A stretch of DNA of 64,000 bases from Mytilus californianus. Lineage: Eukaryota. A model generated the notes under the pieces. It was given only the letters and a program-made list of their open reading frames with translations, was not told where the DNA came from and ran no database searches. The DNA lies in assembly GCF_021869535.1 (NCBI RefSeq), contig NW_026262668.1, forward strand, positions 16,244,001 to 16,308,000, in the 5' to 3' direction. Shown here piece after piece: positions 11,501-22,700 of the stretch (the first letter of the stretch is position 1; each line of letters starts with the position of its first letter). Made by a program: the position numbers and the translations under genes.

Positions 11501-13712
11501 TCCATAACTATAAATATTTACAATAACCCTAATCGCCCCCTGTCTAATGGTCTTCATAACCATAAACCTCACCGCCCCTGCATAAGACTATTTACCATAA
11601 TCCTAACCGCCCTTGCCTATTTACCATTACCCCTACCGCCCCTGCCAACGACTATTTAACATAATCCTGACCGCCCCGGTGTAAGACTATATACAATAAC
11701 CCTTACCGCACCTTCCCAAGACTATTTACCATAACCCTACCAGCCCTTTTTAAGACTATTAACCATAACTCTAAACGCCCCTATCTAAGACTATTTACCA
11801 TAACCCTAACCGCCCCTGCCTAAGACTATTTACCATAACCCTAACCGCCCCTGCCTAAGACTATTTATCATTACCCTACCCGCCCTGCTTAAGACAATTA
11901 ACCCTAACCCTAACCGCCCCTGTCTAAGATTATTTACCATGACCTTAACCGCCCCTACCTAAGACTTTTTACCATAACCATTACCGCCCCCGCCTAATGG
12001 TCTTCATATGCTTTATTGTTATCATGAAGAAATCATAACAATTGTTTATTTTGGTGCGTCCTTAATCACTGAAACCATTACTATTTCACATACAAAGTTG
12101 GCATTAACATGTCAATCTTGTGAAGCTTGTTTAGCTGTCGACCCTGTCAACGTTGCCAACATTTCAACCATATCTACACTGTGAACCTGTCGATCCATCA
12201 ATTTAAATACTACACCGTATCAAATCCATATTAAAGATCAAGAACTGTTTACCCCCTATACACTACTTGAACCGATTTCTTTTTTTTTTTTTGCTATTTT
12301 GTGTCGTTTGGTTGCTATTAGGTTGACGTATACATTTCCTTTTATTTGTATCCATTTATATACAATTATTTTGATAACAATACCAACGCAATTTAAAACG
12401 TTGAAAGAGAAATGTTTGCAAGAAATAATTTTCAGTGGTTCTCTTCATTTTTAAATTTCTGCTTGTAGAACCTTTAAAGGTAAAACCACTGCATACAAGC
12501 AAAGATGACCAGGATCTGAATAAAAAACATGCAAATTTAGAAAAGATGTCTACGATGCCAAATATGAAAATTCCTGAGCGGCCGAGAATTCCTCCCAGTA
12601 TATATAGCAGTAGTCCTTACAGCGTTGGGACCAAAACTTTCCCTGAATCAACGAAAACACAGACTAATAATGTTACCTATTCACCTAAAATACAAGAGAG
12701 AAAGGCGATGCAGGAGGCAGTCAAATATGATATATACAATAAGGGAAACAAAACATCAGGTAGTGAAAGTGATTCTGATAGTGATGGAGACGGTTACATA
12801 AAAACTGCAAAATTAAACCTTCCAAAGACTCCAATAAAACGCACAGAAAACACGCCAATAGACGACACAAAAGATTACACACAAGATGACTATATGATAG
12901 TGCTTCCAAACATACCTCCGGATAAAAGTGTTAAAGCGGAGAGTCCTTACGTTGAGTTCAAGTCAGATGAAACTGATAGTAAAATGGATGGAACAATTGA
13001 AAAATTATACTGCAGTGTAAAAAAACCTTCTATTGGAACAATACAGCAGATATCCGAATCGGACTATGCGCTTGTAGATCATTCTCTTCTGAAAGACGAA
13101 GACAATAACGAGGTAACTACAAGAAATCCAGCTATTGGATTCATTCAACAGCGGTCTGAATCAGATTATGCCTCTGTTGATCATTCTGTTTTGAAAAGCA
13201 AAGACGATGTTGTTAAAGGTTCTAGAAACCCTGGCATTGGTGCAATTAAACAAAGGTCGGAGTCTGATTATGCTTCAGTTGATTGTGTAACTGTTCTTCA
13301 TAGACAAACCCCTCCGTCTAGAAAAGCTGAACAAAAATCTAATTCAGGATATGTTACCGTTGATCACTATGGATTGGTCAACAATCAGGAGAATGACGAA
13401 GCAGATTCCGATGATGACTATGTTAACCCACATACTGTTGTTGATTATACTAGCTTGAACAATATGCATTTACCGCAAAAAAAAGTGCAACCCGTGTCAT
13501 CTTCGTCTACAGAATCAGAATCCGATGATTCTGACGATTACATGACGCCGGTATGTCCGCTTAAAACCACGACAAACAACAATAAGCAGGTCGACGAAAT
13601 GAGTTATTTAAGCAGTGAATCCTCAGATACAGATGACCAGCTGTCAGATCAAGCATCAGTACCCATTATTGTTGATAAAGTATACGATCCTATTTATGAA
13701 AATTTTGCGTAG
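5523..13712 (+). CDS. Spliced gene: N-terminal PH domain (SKAP1/SKAP2-like) followed by a long low-complexity tail rich in tyrosine phosphorylation motifs; docking/adaptor protein of about 540 aa
   Basis: Exons 5523-5538, 6089-6166, 8409-8525, 9001-9077, 10511-10592 and 12469-13712 join with GT-AG ends and matching phases (1,1,1,0,1). Product: MSKTGADLPLVVAASQLGNASMKGYLEKKRPSKKLLSIKYQRRWCLVYGNLFLYYDSPDDKAQKGGFSLESYRFLHSPGHSPFGFSLVSQHKRKFEFMAPSQDEYINWEKAIKKG...; the GYLEK..WC....F.YY...D...KG.F...F.A.S..E...W pattern is a PH domain resembling SKAP. The start exon is the least certain part. Confidence 0.85.
6089..6166 (+). CDS. PH adaptor exon (DLPLVVAASQLGNASMKGYLEKKRP)
   Basis: tttag| acceptor and |gtacgt donor; 78 nt; start of the PH domain. 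Confidence 0.85.
6256..6299 (-). ncRNA. Minimal type I hammerhead ribozyme motif (AUU site)
   Basis: Minus strand reads gcatca CUGAAGA gac-auuuauu-guc GAAA u-gcgc-a UU ugguge-type 3' arm (uggugc); helix I gcauca/uggugc, intact core. Confidence 0.8.
6345..7830. repeat. 28-bp minisatellite (tattgtacgtgtatcttccactgttaac) in two blocks
   Basis: Dozens of degenerate units; explains ORFs 6315-7965. Confidence 0.95.
7945..8215. repeat. ~40-bp minisatellite (ctttgtacaaatagtcaaaac...)
   Basis: 40-bp period visible between 8071 and 8111. Confidence 0.85.
8409..8525 (+). CDS. PH adaptor exon (KKLLSIKYQRRWCLVYGNLFLYYDSPDDKAQKGGFSLE)
   Basis: catag| acceptor and |gtaagt donor; 117 nt; PH core. Confidence 0.9.
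9001..9077 (+). CDS. PH adaptor exon (YRFLHSPGHSPFGFSLVSQHKRKFE)
   Basis: ttacag| acceptor and |gtatta donor; phase 1 to 0. Confidence 0.85.
9459..9670. repeat. 29-bp minisatellite (tttaagccaagggattgtgattatgtggg), about 7 units
   Basis: Period 9488, 9517, 9546. Confidence 0.85.
9695..10376 (-). mobile_element. Hammerhead-bearing repeat with 539-nt period (about 1.27 monomers) inserted in (TA)n
   Basis: 9695-9837 repeated directly at 10234-10376; (TA)n on both flanks; hammerhead at 10048-10091; truncated sibling at 35286-35420 also abuts (TA)n. Confidence 0.75.
10048..10091 (-). ncRNA. Minimal type I hammerhead ribozyme motif (AUA site, CCGG loop)
   Basis: Minus strand reads acauca CUGAAGA gac-auuaauu-guc GAAA u-ccgg-a UA uggugu; 6-bp helix I, intact core. 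Confidence 0.85.
10511..10592 (+). CDS. PH adaptor exon (FMAPSQDEYINWEKAIKKGISLTRRSK), C-terminal PH helix
   Basis: ttttag| acceptor and |gtaatt donor; contains the conserved PH tryptophan. Confidence 0.88.
10840..12005. repeat. Compound minisatellite: 51-bp units switching to 35-bp units, sharing the core atttaccataaccctaaccgcccctgcct
   Basis: Direct reading; the 51-bp (17-codon) period explains ORFs 10934-11659. Confidence 0.92.
12469..13712 (+). CDS. PH adaptor terminal exon, tyrosine-motif/acidic tail
   Basis: ttgtag| acceptor at 12467-12468 in phase 1 opens into the 425-aa ORF 12435-13712; stop TAG. Confidence 0.9.
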
Positions 13713-13814
13713 TGAAATAAGATAGTTTTTGAATACGGGCATGACATAATTACAAAACATGTGCATTGGAAAGTTGTACAAACATGTAAACCCTTAATCA
13801 GCTTATGCTTCTCA

Positions 13815-13935
13815 TATATGTACATGTATGAGTTAAATGTGTCATATGTACATGTATGAGTTTAATATGTACATGTACGAGTTAAATGTGTCATATGTAC
13901 ATGTTTGAGTTAAATGTGTCATATGTACATGTACG
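13815..13935. repeat. 28-bp tandem repeat (gagttaaatgtgtcatatgtacatgtat), about 4 units, probably in the 3' UTR
   Basis: Period 13830 to 13858. Confidence 0.75.
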
Positions 13936-14030
13936 TGTTTTATGTACTATATTTATTAAAGTTTAATGTTCATCATTCCAATGCATTTAATATACAAATC
14001 TCATCAAAGATACCAGGCTTTTATCTTGGT

Positions 14031-14074
14031 ACGCCAGACGCGTATTTCGTCTACATAAGACTCATCAGTGGCGC
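14031..14074 (-). ncRNA. Hammerhead motif, intact core, weakened helix III
   Basis: gcgcca CUGAUGA guc-uuaugua-gac GAAA u-acgc-g UC uggcgu. Confidence 0.7.
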
Positions 14075-15100
14075 TCGAATCAAAACAAAGCAAGGCCAAG
14101 TCAAATATTACAAAATTGAAGAGAATTAATAACCGAAAATTTTGAAAAATTGTGCTAAATACGTCTTGGCAATCTATATGTTGAGGTAGAAAATGAGTTT
14201 TGAATATTTTGAAAACAGTAAATTTACAGAAAATGAACAATTCACCCCCCGGTTTGGCAGGGTTCGTGTTGTTCCGTATTTAGTATTCTATATTGTGTTT
14301 TGTATACTTTTTTTTTTTTTTTCTTTTTGGTCGTTTTTCAATTATTTTTTTTGGCCATTTAGGTGTCAGTTTGTCTTCGACTTATGAGTTTGAATATCCC
14401 TTTGGTATCTTCCGCCTCTTCTTTTCCTGTCAGCACAATGGAGTATTGAAAATTAAACAGTCTTAAGCTTCCATTAGTGTCATTTTACACGGGTGACTAA
14501 GTTTTTAAAATATAGGAAGAAGGATGACAGAATGCCAAGGATTCAGTTCAGTGTGTCAAGTGTTACGGTGAGTAATTCCAATAGAGCAACTCTGAACAAT
14601 TATATATAATCAGAGACCTATCTACTGTTTGATTCCTGTATTTTATAGGATTTAAGCCTTTCAGAATTTGACCATAAATTAGCATCACAAATATAGACTG
14701 GCACCTATTCTTTTATCTATTTGACTAGGATGTCCGTATGATGTAAGGGAGAGAACCAACATGACCACAAATCCTGTTTTCAGAAAAAAACATGTTTTTG
14801 TAAAGTGCCAGATGCTGACCACTGTTTCTGTTAAAGTTTGTATTGAATTGAGGATATAGCCAGTTTTATTTTTTATTGTTTCAGTTTTGTTGCAGCGTTC
14901 ATAGTAAATTTTGCTCGATTTTGTCCTGTTCTGCAAAACTTAGGCACCATCTATTTCTAGTATGTTTTTTTGCAAAGGGGGGCTTGTGATTATAATTGAT
15001 AAAAAAAAAATTCTACCCTAATAAAAAGAATATTTTTTCAATAATTTTAAGTCATGTATACACAATAAACTCCTCATAGATACCAGAACTGAAATGTTAT

Positions 15101-15144
15101 ACGCCAGACGCGCGTTTCGTCTACAAAAGACTCACCAGTGACGC
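15101..15144 (-). ncRNA. Hammerhead motif with core mutation (CUGGUGA)
   Basis: Same family as 15461-15504, exactly 360 nt away; A6 to G change in the core. Confidence 0.7.
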
Positions 15145-15460
15145 TAGAATCAAAAACAATTTAAAAGGCCAAAGAAAGTACGAAGTTGAAGAGCATTGAG
15201 GACCCGAAATTCCTAAAAGTTGTGCCAAATACAGCTACGGTAAACTATTCCTGAGGTAGAAAAGCCTTAGTATTTGGAAAATTCTAAGTTTTGTAAAAAG
15301 TTAATTTATAATTATGACCATATCAATGATAATTCATGTTAACACAGAAGTGCTGACTTCTGGGCTGGTGATACCCTCGGGGAGAAAAACTCCGCCAGCA
15401 GTGGCATCGACCCAGTGGTTGTAAATAAACTTATCATAGATACCAGGATTGAAATTTTAT

Positions 15461-15504
15461 ACGCCAGACGCGCGTTTCGTCTAAAAAAGACTCATCAGTG
15501 ACGC
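15461..15504 (-). ncRNA. Minimal type I hammerhead ribozyme, canonical GUC site
   Basis: gcguca CUGAUGA guc-uuuuuua-gac GAAA c-gcgc-g UC uggcgu; predicted cleavage between 15467 and 15466. Confidence 0.88.
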
Positions 15505-16530
15505 TCGAATAAAAAAACGTCAAAAAGGCCAAATAAAGTACGAAATTGAAGAGCATTGAGGACCCAAATTTCCAAAAAGTTTTGCCAATACATTTTTCAT
15601 CGATGTTGTTTTTTTTTTTTTTTTTTCTACTTATTTTCAATGGAAATTTCTGTTTCACTAATTTATTTTAAAGATGAATGGCTGTTGCATTAGCCTTACA
15701 AATTTCGTAATTATGGATTTGTTGTTTTTAATACATTCTACATTTTTCTTATATACTGTTAAATATTAACCAAACCGTACAAGTTAAGTAATATTTCGTA
15801 GAAAACCGTCTCACTACTATACAAGTTGAAATGTTATTTAATCATCCTCTTCCTTGAGACTTTTTTTCGGAAACGTTTTTAATTCAGATTAAGATATTTG
15901 AACGACTATATTATATGCGTATTTCAGACCAGACAAAGTTAAAAGACTCCCTAAAATAAATGACACACAGCATATAAGAATTTTATTACAGTTTTTGAAA
16001 ATCTGTATTAAACGCAAGTGGTTTGAAGGCCTCAGGAAAAAAGACACTATTCAGTATGTGAATACAAAGATATGTCCGACTAATATCTTATTAATATATG
16101 ACAGATTTAAATTGATTTTTGTTTGATTTTTGATTCAAGGGGGCCAAAAAGGGGAAACGACTTTTTTTTACCTTCTTCTTTCTATTGCATTTGAAAATTG
16201 TACGTTTGTATTGATCACTTTTTTATAACATGTTTCTCTTCAGTATCCTTCTATTTTTATTTCAAGTCTTCTGTACCATGCCGTTATGTACTTGTGAAAT
16301 GACACCAGGAAGGTTAGATCTAAAGTGGTTAAAATAACTACCAAACCGGGAATTTGCCTTTTGCGGTTGTCAGTGTCATGTCCAGATGATGATGTTTTCT
16401 TTTTAGTTTATTACTTTTTTTTCGTAAAACGGGGTAACGTTACCATGATTTTTTATTTTCTATTTATTTTTAATACATATTGATAAATCATTGAATACAA
16501 AAAATGAAAACAACAATTTTTAAATTATAT

Positions 16531-16893
16531 GCGTCCGAAGCTCCTTTCTTTTACGTTCATCAGAAGCGCTCAAAGCCAAACATTTAAAAGAAAAAAAAGC
16601 CAAGGACGTATAAGAACAGAAAGCGTTGGAGAGCTATATGACCATAAAAGACTAAAACGAAATAGCCAAATCCATCTAAGGTCAACTTTGCCTAAGGAAT
16701 TGAAACCTTAGTTTCTCAATAATTTATTAATTTATAAACGGACAATTTTAGAAAAGTTTTTATAAATCATGTCAGTACTGACTACTGAGTTGATAGCAGT
16801 GGTATCGACCCAATGCTGTAAAAAATGAAAATAACATTTTATAAATTGCATGCATCCGAATCGCTTTTCTGGATTTACCTCCATCAGGAACGC
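16531..16893 (-). ncRNA. Two degenerate hammerhead motifs of a second family (16531-16569 and 16852-16893), 321 nt apart
   Basis: CUGAUGA...GAAA g-gagc-u UC ggacgc and CUGAUGG...GAAA a-gcga-u UC ggaugc within a decayed tandem dimer. Confidence 0.55.
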
Positions 16894-19273
16894 CCAAAGT
16901 TTTCTATTTGAAAGGCAAGGATTATAAGAATCGAGACAGTACTAAACTTGTAAATAAATAGAGACAGAAACCCATTCAGGTTTGCATTTTTGACAATTAA
17001 AAATTACCAGACAAAAAATATATGAAGTGGATGTATACAAGCGACATTAATCAAATGAAAAACTAGAAAATATCCATACTTCAAAAGGAAAAAAAACAAC
17101 AAGTGTAAATTGTGTTCTCTTTATCTTGGTAATTACAAACGTGTCTTTAAATGAGAGTGAATGAGCATAGTGGGTGATACATACATAGCAGGAGATCCTG
17201 ACTCTGTCGACGCATCTGCCTGGACTCGCTCCATTGAATGTGATTCCATCGGGTTTTGTTTTTTTTTATCTTGATTTGTTTATTCTATGAGATTATTATA
17301 TTGAAATTATAAAGAAACTTAGGTTTCAACTTCCTCAGGCAAAGTTGACCTTAGATTGATTTTGTTATTTTTTTCGGTTCTCTTTGGTCATATAGTTCTT
17401 CAACTGTTCCGGTTTTTATAAATCCTGGCTTTCAAATATTCGGCAATTTATAAAGAGTTGTTTTCATTTTTTTTTAACATAGGTAAACCTCTGTTACCTC
17501 TGATAATATCAATAAGTCAAAATTCTACAGGAAAATCAAATCCGGTTCAAACTCATATGTGGTATCGTAGTAATCAATCAATAAAATAAACATTTTATAA
17601 ACATAGATAAGAAATAATACAATCCTTTCAAATAAATTTAACCACAATAACTTTCACATCAGAATCAATATGAAAGTTGGTCATTCAGTAAAATTACAGG
17701 TGCAGCACTCGGGAAACTTTCTAGACACCCAAATTAATTGATATAATGCTGGAGTATTATTTTTTTTCCAATCCTCAACAATAATTGTGTGTGATCATTA
17801 ACATGAATGTCCCAGGTTCGATAGCATTAACTCGCCATCATATTTGCGAGAAACCCTAATGGGATTCAAGCAAAAAAAGAAATGAACACAGGAAATTATA
17901 ATTCAGAATGATTCGGGTCCATCTGAATTATATTTCAAACTCTAACACTGATCAGTATTTTGTCTGAGTCAAATATATCATTTTTTTAAATATGTCATTA
18001 AAATAATGACGACAAATGAAACCATTTGCAGATCTCGATTTGCTTCTTCTATGTAAAGTATGTAAAATATTCTATGGGCAATAACACCAAAAGAAATTGT
18101 ATAAACAACTATCACAACAGATATTTACTTTCCAAGCTTTTTTGCACGTATGTGCCAAATCAGGATCATTCATCTCAATAATCGTTTTGAAGTGTATTCA
18201 GAAGTGAAGATCAATTCTAAAACAAAAATGCAAAAATGGATTAAAAATCTTCAGCAATTTTGCCCGTCATATTTCCCAATATTATTTCACTTTTTCAAGG
18301 TATTTGACAATACCTTTAACACTAACTACTAGTAATAGTTATGATTGCAATGTTGATTATTAAATGGTGATATAACTCACTAACCACTGTTAACCTACAG
18401 TAAAGATCAGTCATGTCAGTGTTGTCGATTTAGGTCAATAACTTTTACAAGGCGTCAACTGAATGCTTCAATAATTTCATTATGTTTTTAAAATCTGGTA
18501 TTGCTGATCATTTTTGCAGTTACTAGTAATTGTTTCTGTCTATCAATTATTGGTTGCATGTGAACTGACAAAAAAACCATCAAATTGGTATGGAAATATC
18601 ATTTACGAACAATAAAGAGTCGTCTGATATTTTTTGTTGAAGTAAAATATAAGTAAATCTTGACATTCTTAATATTTTCAAACTTGCAAGATTTTCTGTA
18701 TCTTTTGGCGTGATTAGACACACATTTTACCCGTATGGTCTATTTTGGCTTGATGACCATATTGCTCAATGAACAGACAAATGATTAGAAATCTGTCATT
18801 GAAACAACCTATAGATAAATAATTTCATATGTGTTTGAAATGGTTCACTAAGTTAGGTGAAAAATCATTGAGGAAGTTTTAGGACGTAACGGAGGTTAAA
18901 TGATGCCAATAGCTTATACTCCATTTTGTGTCAGATGAGCTAAATCATCGAGAATTAAGAACTGTTACGGACTTGCTGCACGTGTAAGTGATGAACGATA
19001 CCAAATTAGTTCAAATAGTTATAAAAATGCCAGCTAACTTTCAATATTCTTTTGACAACAATTTTAAAATGAATGGCCTGAATGTCCACAAATATAAATC
19101 CATAGAAATATGTTAGTCGAAATATAACATATGTCATTTTAATGTTTCCAACGTTGTAGTTCAAACAAAAATTCTAGCTTTCACTATGGATGATATTCCA
19201 AGTTTATAAAGGTTCACAAGTTAATAAATCCAATATTGAAAAAAATTGAAAACAACACGTTTAATAATTTCAT

Positions 19274-19315
19274 GCGTCCGAAGCGCTTTTCTGGATTTAC
19301 CTTCATCAGGAACGC
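19274..19315 (-). ncRNA. Hammerhead-like motif (UUC site) with atypical helix II
   Basis: gcguuc CUGAUGA agguaaaucca GAAA a-gcgc-u UC ggacgc; helix I 6 bp; helix II only 2 bp and flanked by A/A. Confidence 0.65.
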
Positions 19316-19464
19316 TCAATGCCAAACATTTAAAATCCGAGGGATGTATAAGTGCCGAAACAGTTGAAGAGCTATATGACAAAAATACCTAAAACAAATA
19401 GCCAAATTCATCTAAGTTCAACTTTGCCTGAGGGAGTTGAAACCTTAGTTTGAAGTTATACAAA

Positions 19465-19720
19465 AATCATCAAAGATACCAGGCTTATAACTGGGTACGC
19501 CAAATACGCGTTTCGTCTACAAAGACTCACAAGTGGCGCACGAATCAAACAGTTGGAAGGCCAAATCAAATTCGAAGTTTAAGAGCATTAAAACCGAAAA
19601 TTTAGAAAAGTATCAATTCTAGCCATTCAATCATCTGGGTGTTGAAACACCTTAGTGTTTCGAAAATTTCAACACTTTATAACCAATGAATTTACAGAAC
19701 ATATATAAATTTCCACAATT
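19465..19720 (-). mobile_element. Decayed retrozyme-like repeat with dead hammerhead (19497-19540), fused to the family-2 copy at 19250-19450
   Basis: Homologous to 15060-15590; core reads CUUGUGA and the cleavage triplet is altered. Confidence 0.6.
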
Positions 19721-22700
19721 GCTTTAAATCTAAATTCTGAATAATAAATATCCTTTGATCAACTTTATCAACCTTTTAAGATGAAATTTACTAAATCGTT
19801 TTGGCCTCCTTGTAAAACATATTTTATCAAGAATGTTGTGGGTTTTTTTTTATTACCTTATTCACAATAATATATTTTTCTACAGGATATTCTCATTTGT
19901 CAACTTCACTATGGTTGATACAGCTAGATGAACAGTTCCAGATATTCAAACCTTAGGTACAATTACGTCACTGTGTACATGACTTTTGTAACGTAACACA
20001 GAGGTATCCTACCGTTAACCCCCGAGGGTATCACCAACCCAGTAGCCAGTACTACGGTACTGGCATCAAAATAGGGATATTGTGCTGTTACAAACATTTT
20101 TGAAATAGTTTTAAATCAAGGAATATATCTCCCTTATGCAAAGTTCTGATTCCTTGCACGGCTTTTGGCTGTACTTTTTGTTATTTTCTTGTTTTATAAG
20201 CTCTTCATTTTTTAAATATGATTTAGATTTTCAAATATGATAAAGTTGAGGATTAGATACACTTTGTGACTAAATATGCTCACTATATGTTGATAACAGA
20301 ACTGATTGTTATAAAATATTCTTATTCTATTCTTATTCTGTTGGTGTCGAGGATTTATTGTCAAACTGCACATCTGGTGCAGAAAAATTAGTACCGTTGA
20401 TGTTGTTACTACTACCACAACACAACTATGTCCAAGATCTAGGACAACTAACAAAACACATTATTATTCATTTCTAAAAAAACATATTAAACTATTATTA
20501 TATACAAACGATTTCTCATAACAGAACTAACTTCAAGACAGTTGTTTTCCATTCGTTTGATGTGTTTGAGTTTTTGATTTTGCCAATTGATCAGGGTTTT
20601 CCGTTTTGAATTTTTGTCGGTGTTTTTGTTATTTTATTTTTTCCTACAAGATTTCTCCGAAACTCTTTGGATCCATATCAGAAATTTCATAATTTCAAGA
20701 TTATTTTATGTTGGATGGTACCAAAACCTGACATTCTACTTCAATGAAAATCCACGAAATATATGGCACTGGACGTTTATGGAAAAAAATCTATATTCTA
20801 AATTACCCAGAAATGTTCTTTCTAAGCTTTGCAGCTGAGAAACTTTTGATTTTGAATCTGCATTTAATCACTGTTTGGTAAAGATTAAAAATACATGGTT
20901 ATTAATTCTTCCACATGATAAAGGGCATGTCCCAAATCATGTTGTCATGCAACAAACGACCACTGAATTACAGGCTCCTGACTTGTTTGGATGCTATATC
21001 ATAGCCATTTTAAGAAACAATGAGCAAATACTACATTGGACTAAATATGCCTACTTGTCATTTACAGGTTAACACTCAGGTTTTTGACATGATGCACCTA
21101 TGCCCCAACCATTAAAAGCCTATGTTGAAAATTTAAAATCATATCTTCGACACGAAAATCTCGTTAAATACAATTGAGATGATAGTCAAGTTCATTATCA
21201 TCAAGGTTATTGATGTGTTGTGGTGAGATCATGCACCACATGTCAAATATCAGAAGCAAATGTCAAAGGAAAACAAAAGTTATGGCTGTAACGATAAATG
21301 TACCAAACCAATTATTCCACCTTGAAGTCAAAGATTAAATTCAATGGTCATTTTCAATGGGTCGAAACACATCGTTTCAAGATGAAGCATCCGCATGCCA
21401 AATATCAATATCATATCAGTCTCCTCAGAAGGGTAAACACAAAGAATTATTTTTGATGACAAATACACATGTCGTTTCTTCAATTCTATTAATACCCTGT
21501 GTTAATCAATTAATATCGGACTTCAATTGTATATCATATGATATCATGTGATTGATATCAAGTTAACCTTTACGACATCCTTTGATGCCCAATGAAATGC
21601 GACATATTGTCTTGATGTGATCCAACCGTAACAGTAATCTCAGATAATATGTAATTAGAACATCTAATATTAAAACTTACAATGTTGAAATAGACAGAAA
21701 ATGTTAATTTACTAAATACATAAAAACACAAATATAATCATGAACTTTATAATCCGGCGTCCACAGCTCTATGGACGCCAGATTATATTATTTATATCAC
21801 TGATGTCAGATTATATTTGTTTTTAAATTAAGTAGAACCTACTTGCAGCATCTAAAAATCTGGAGTGCTCACACAGACCCAGCATGACTGGATCAAAAAC
21901 AGAGTATTTTACAGTAAAAGACCTTAAACCAAAACTTCAACCCGATACGGGATGTATGAACCATTGGATGAACATAAGAACAACCGAATGCACAGACCGG
22001 AAAACAGAACTACAGAAGATGGAGCATAACATCCAGTGAAAAAACCTATAGTTTGTATGCAGTAATTAACCATTACAATGAGGTCAAGGACAACAGACAT
22101 ATGCTAGACTTATGACCATGAGACATTTGCACACAAGATAAATATTATTTCTGTAAGTATCTAACATGATTAACATTTCTGCATTCTGACCTAAGAAGTT
22201 TTATACATGAAGCTATTGCCAATGCTGCCAGAGGACAGACAATAAACCTAGCTATAAGTCTTTTGGCTTAATGTGAAAAGAAATACAATATAATACAGAG
22301 AACATTTATATGATAATATTTTGATTTTAACAAATGTATATTAAATCTCTGTACAACAAAAAAAGGTATTGAGGCCATTCATTTTTATTATTTTGATTTT
22401 AACAGATATAGATCAAATCTCCATACAACAATATCAAGACTGGTCAAACAAATTCTAACTGAATATAAAACATGGAACATAAATTTACTTTTACATTGAT
22501 ACAAGAAATATTTACAATTGCAGGATATAATTTACTATAGATATTGAAATCTGAAATCAAACAAACACACTAAATATTGTTTATATTAAGTTCATAACAA
22601 ACCAGTATTTTTATTTTTAAAAGAATGGAAGTTATTCATAAAGTAGTAGTACATTATAATAATAATTTTAAGGTTTTATACAGTTCATTTTTGTATTCTT

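Larger units (their letters stand above)
15060..15590 (-). mobile_element. Non-LTR retrozyme-like partial tandem, 360-nt monomer
   Basis: Two hammerheads in identical context exactly 360 nt apart; related partial copy at 14000-14240. Confidence 0.8.

Noticed and set aside
10934-11659. Repetitive ORFs (INIYHNPN…)
   Set aside because: The 51-bp unit is a multiple of three, which keeps frames open by chance
11890-11920. Interstitial telomere
   Set aside because: Only about two consecutive CCCTAA units, embedded in a minisatellite
12435-12468. N-terminal MVLFIFKFLLV of the 425-aa ORF as a start or signal peptide
   Set aside because: It is the intronic polypyrimidine tract before the acceptor at 12467-12468
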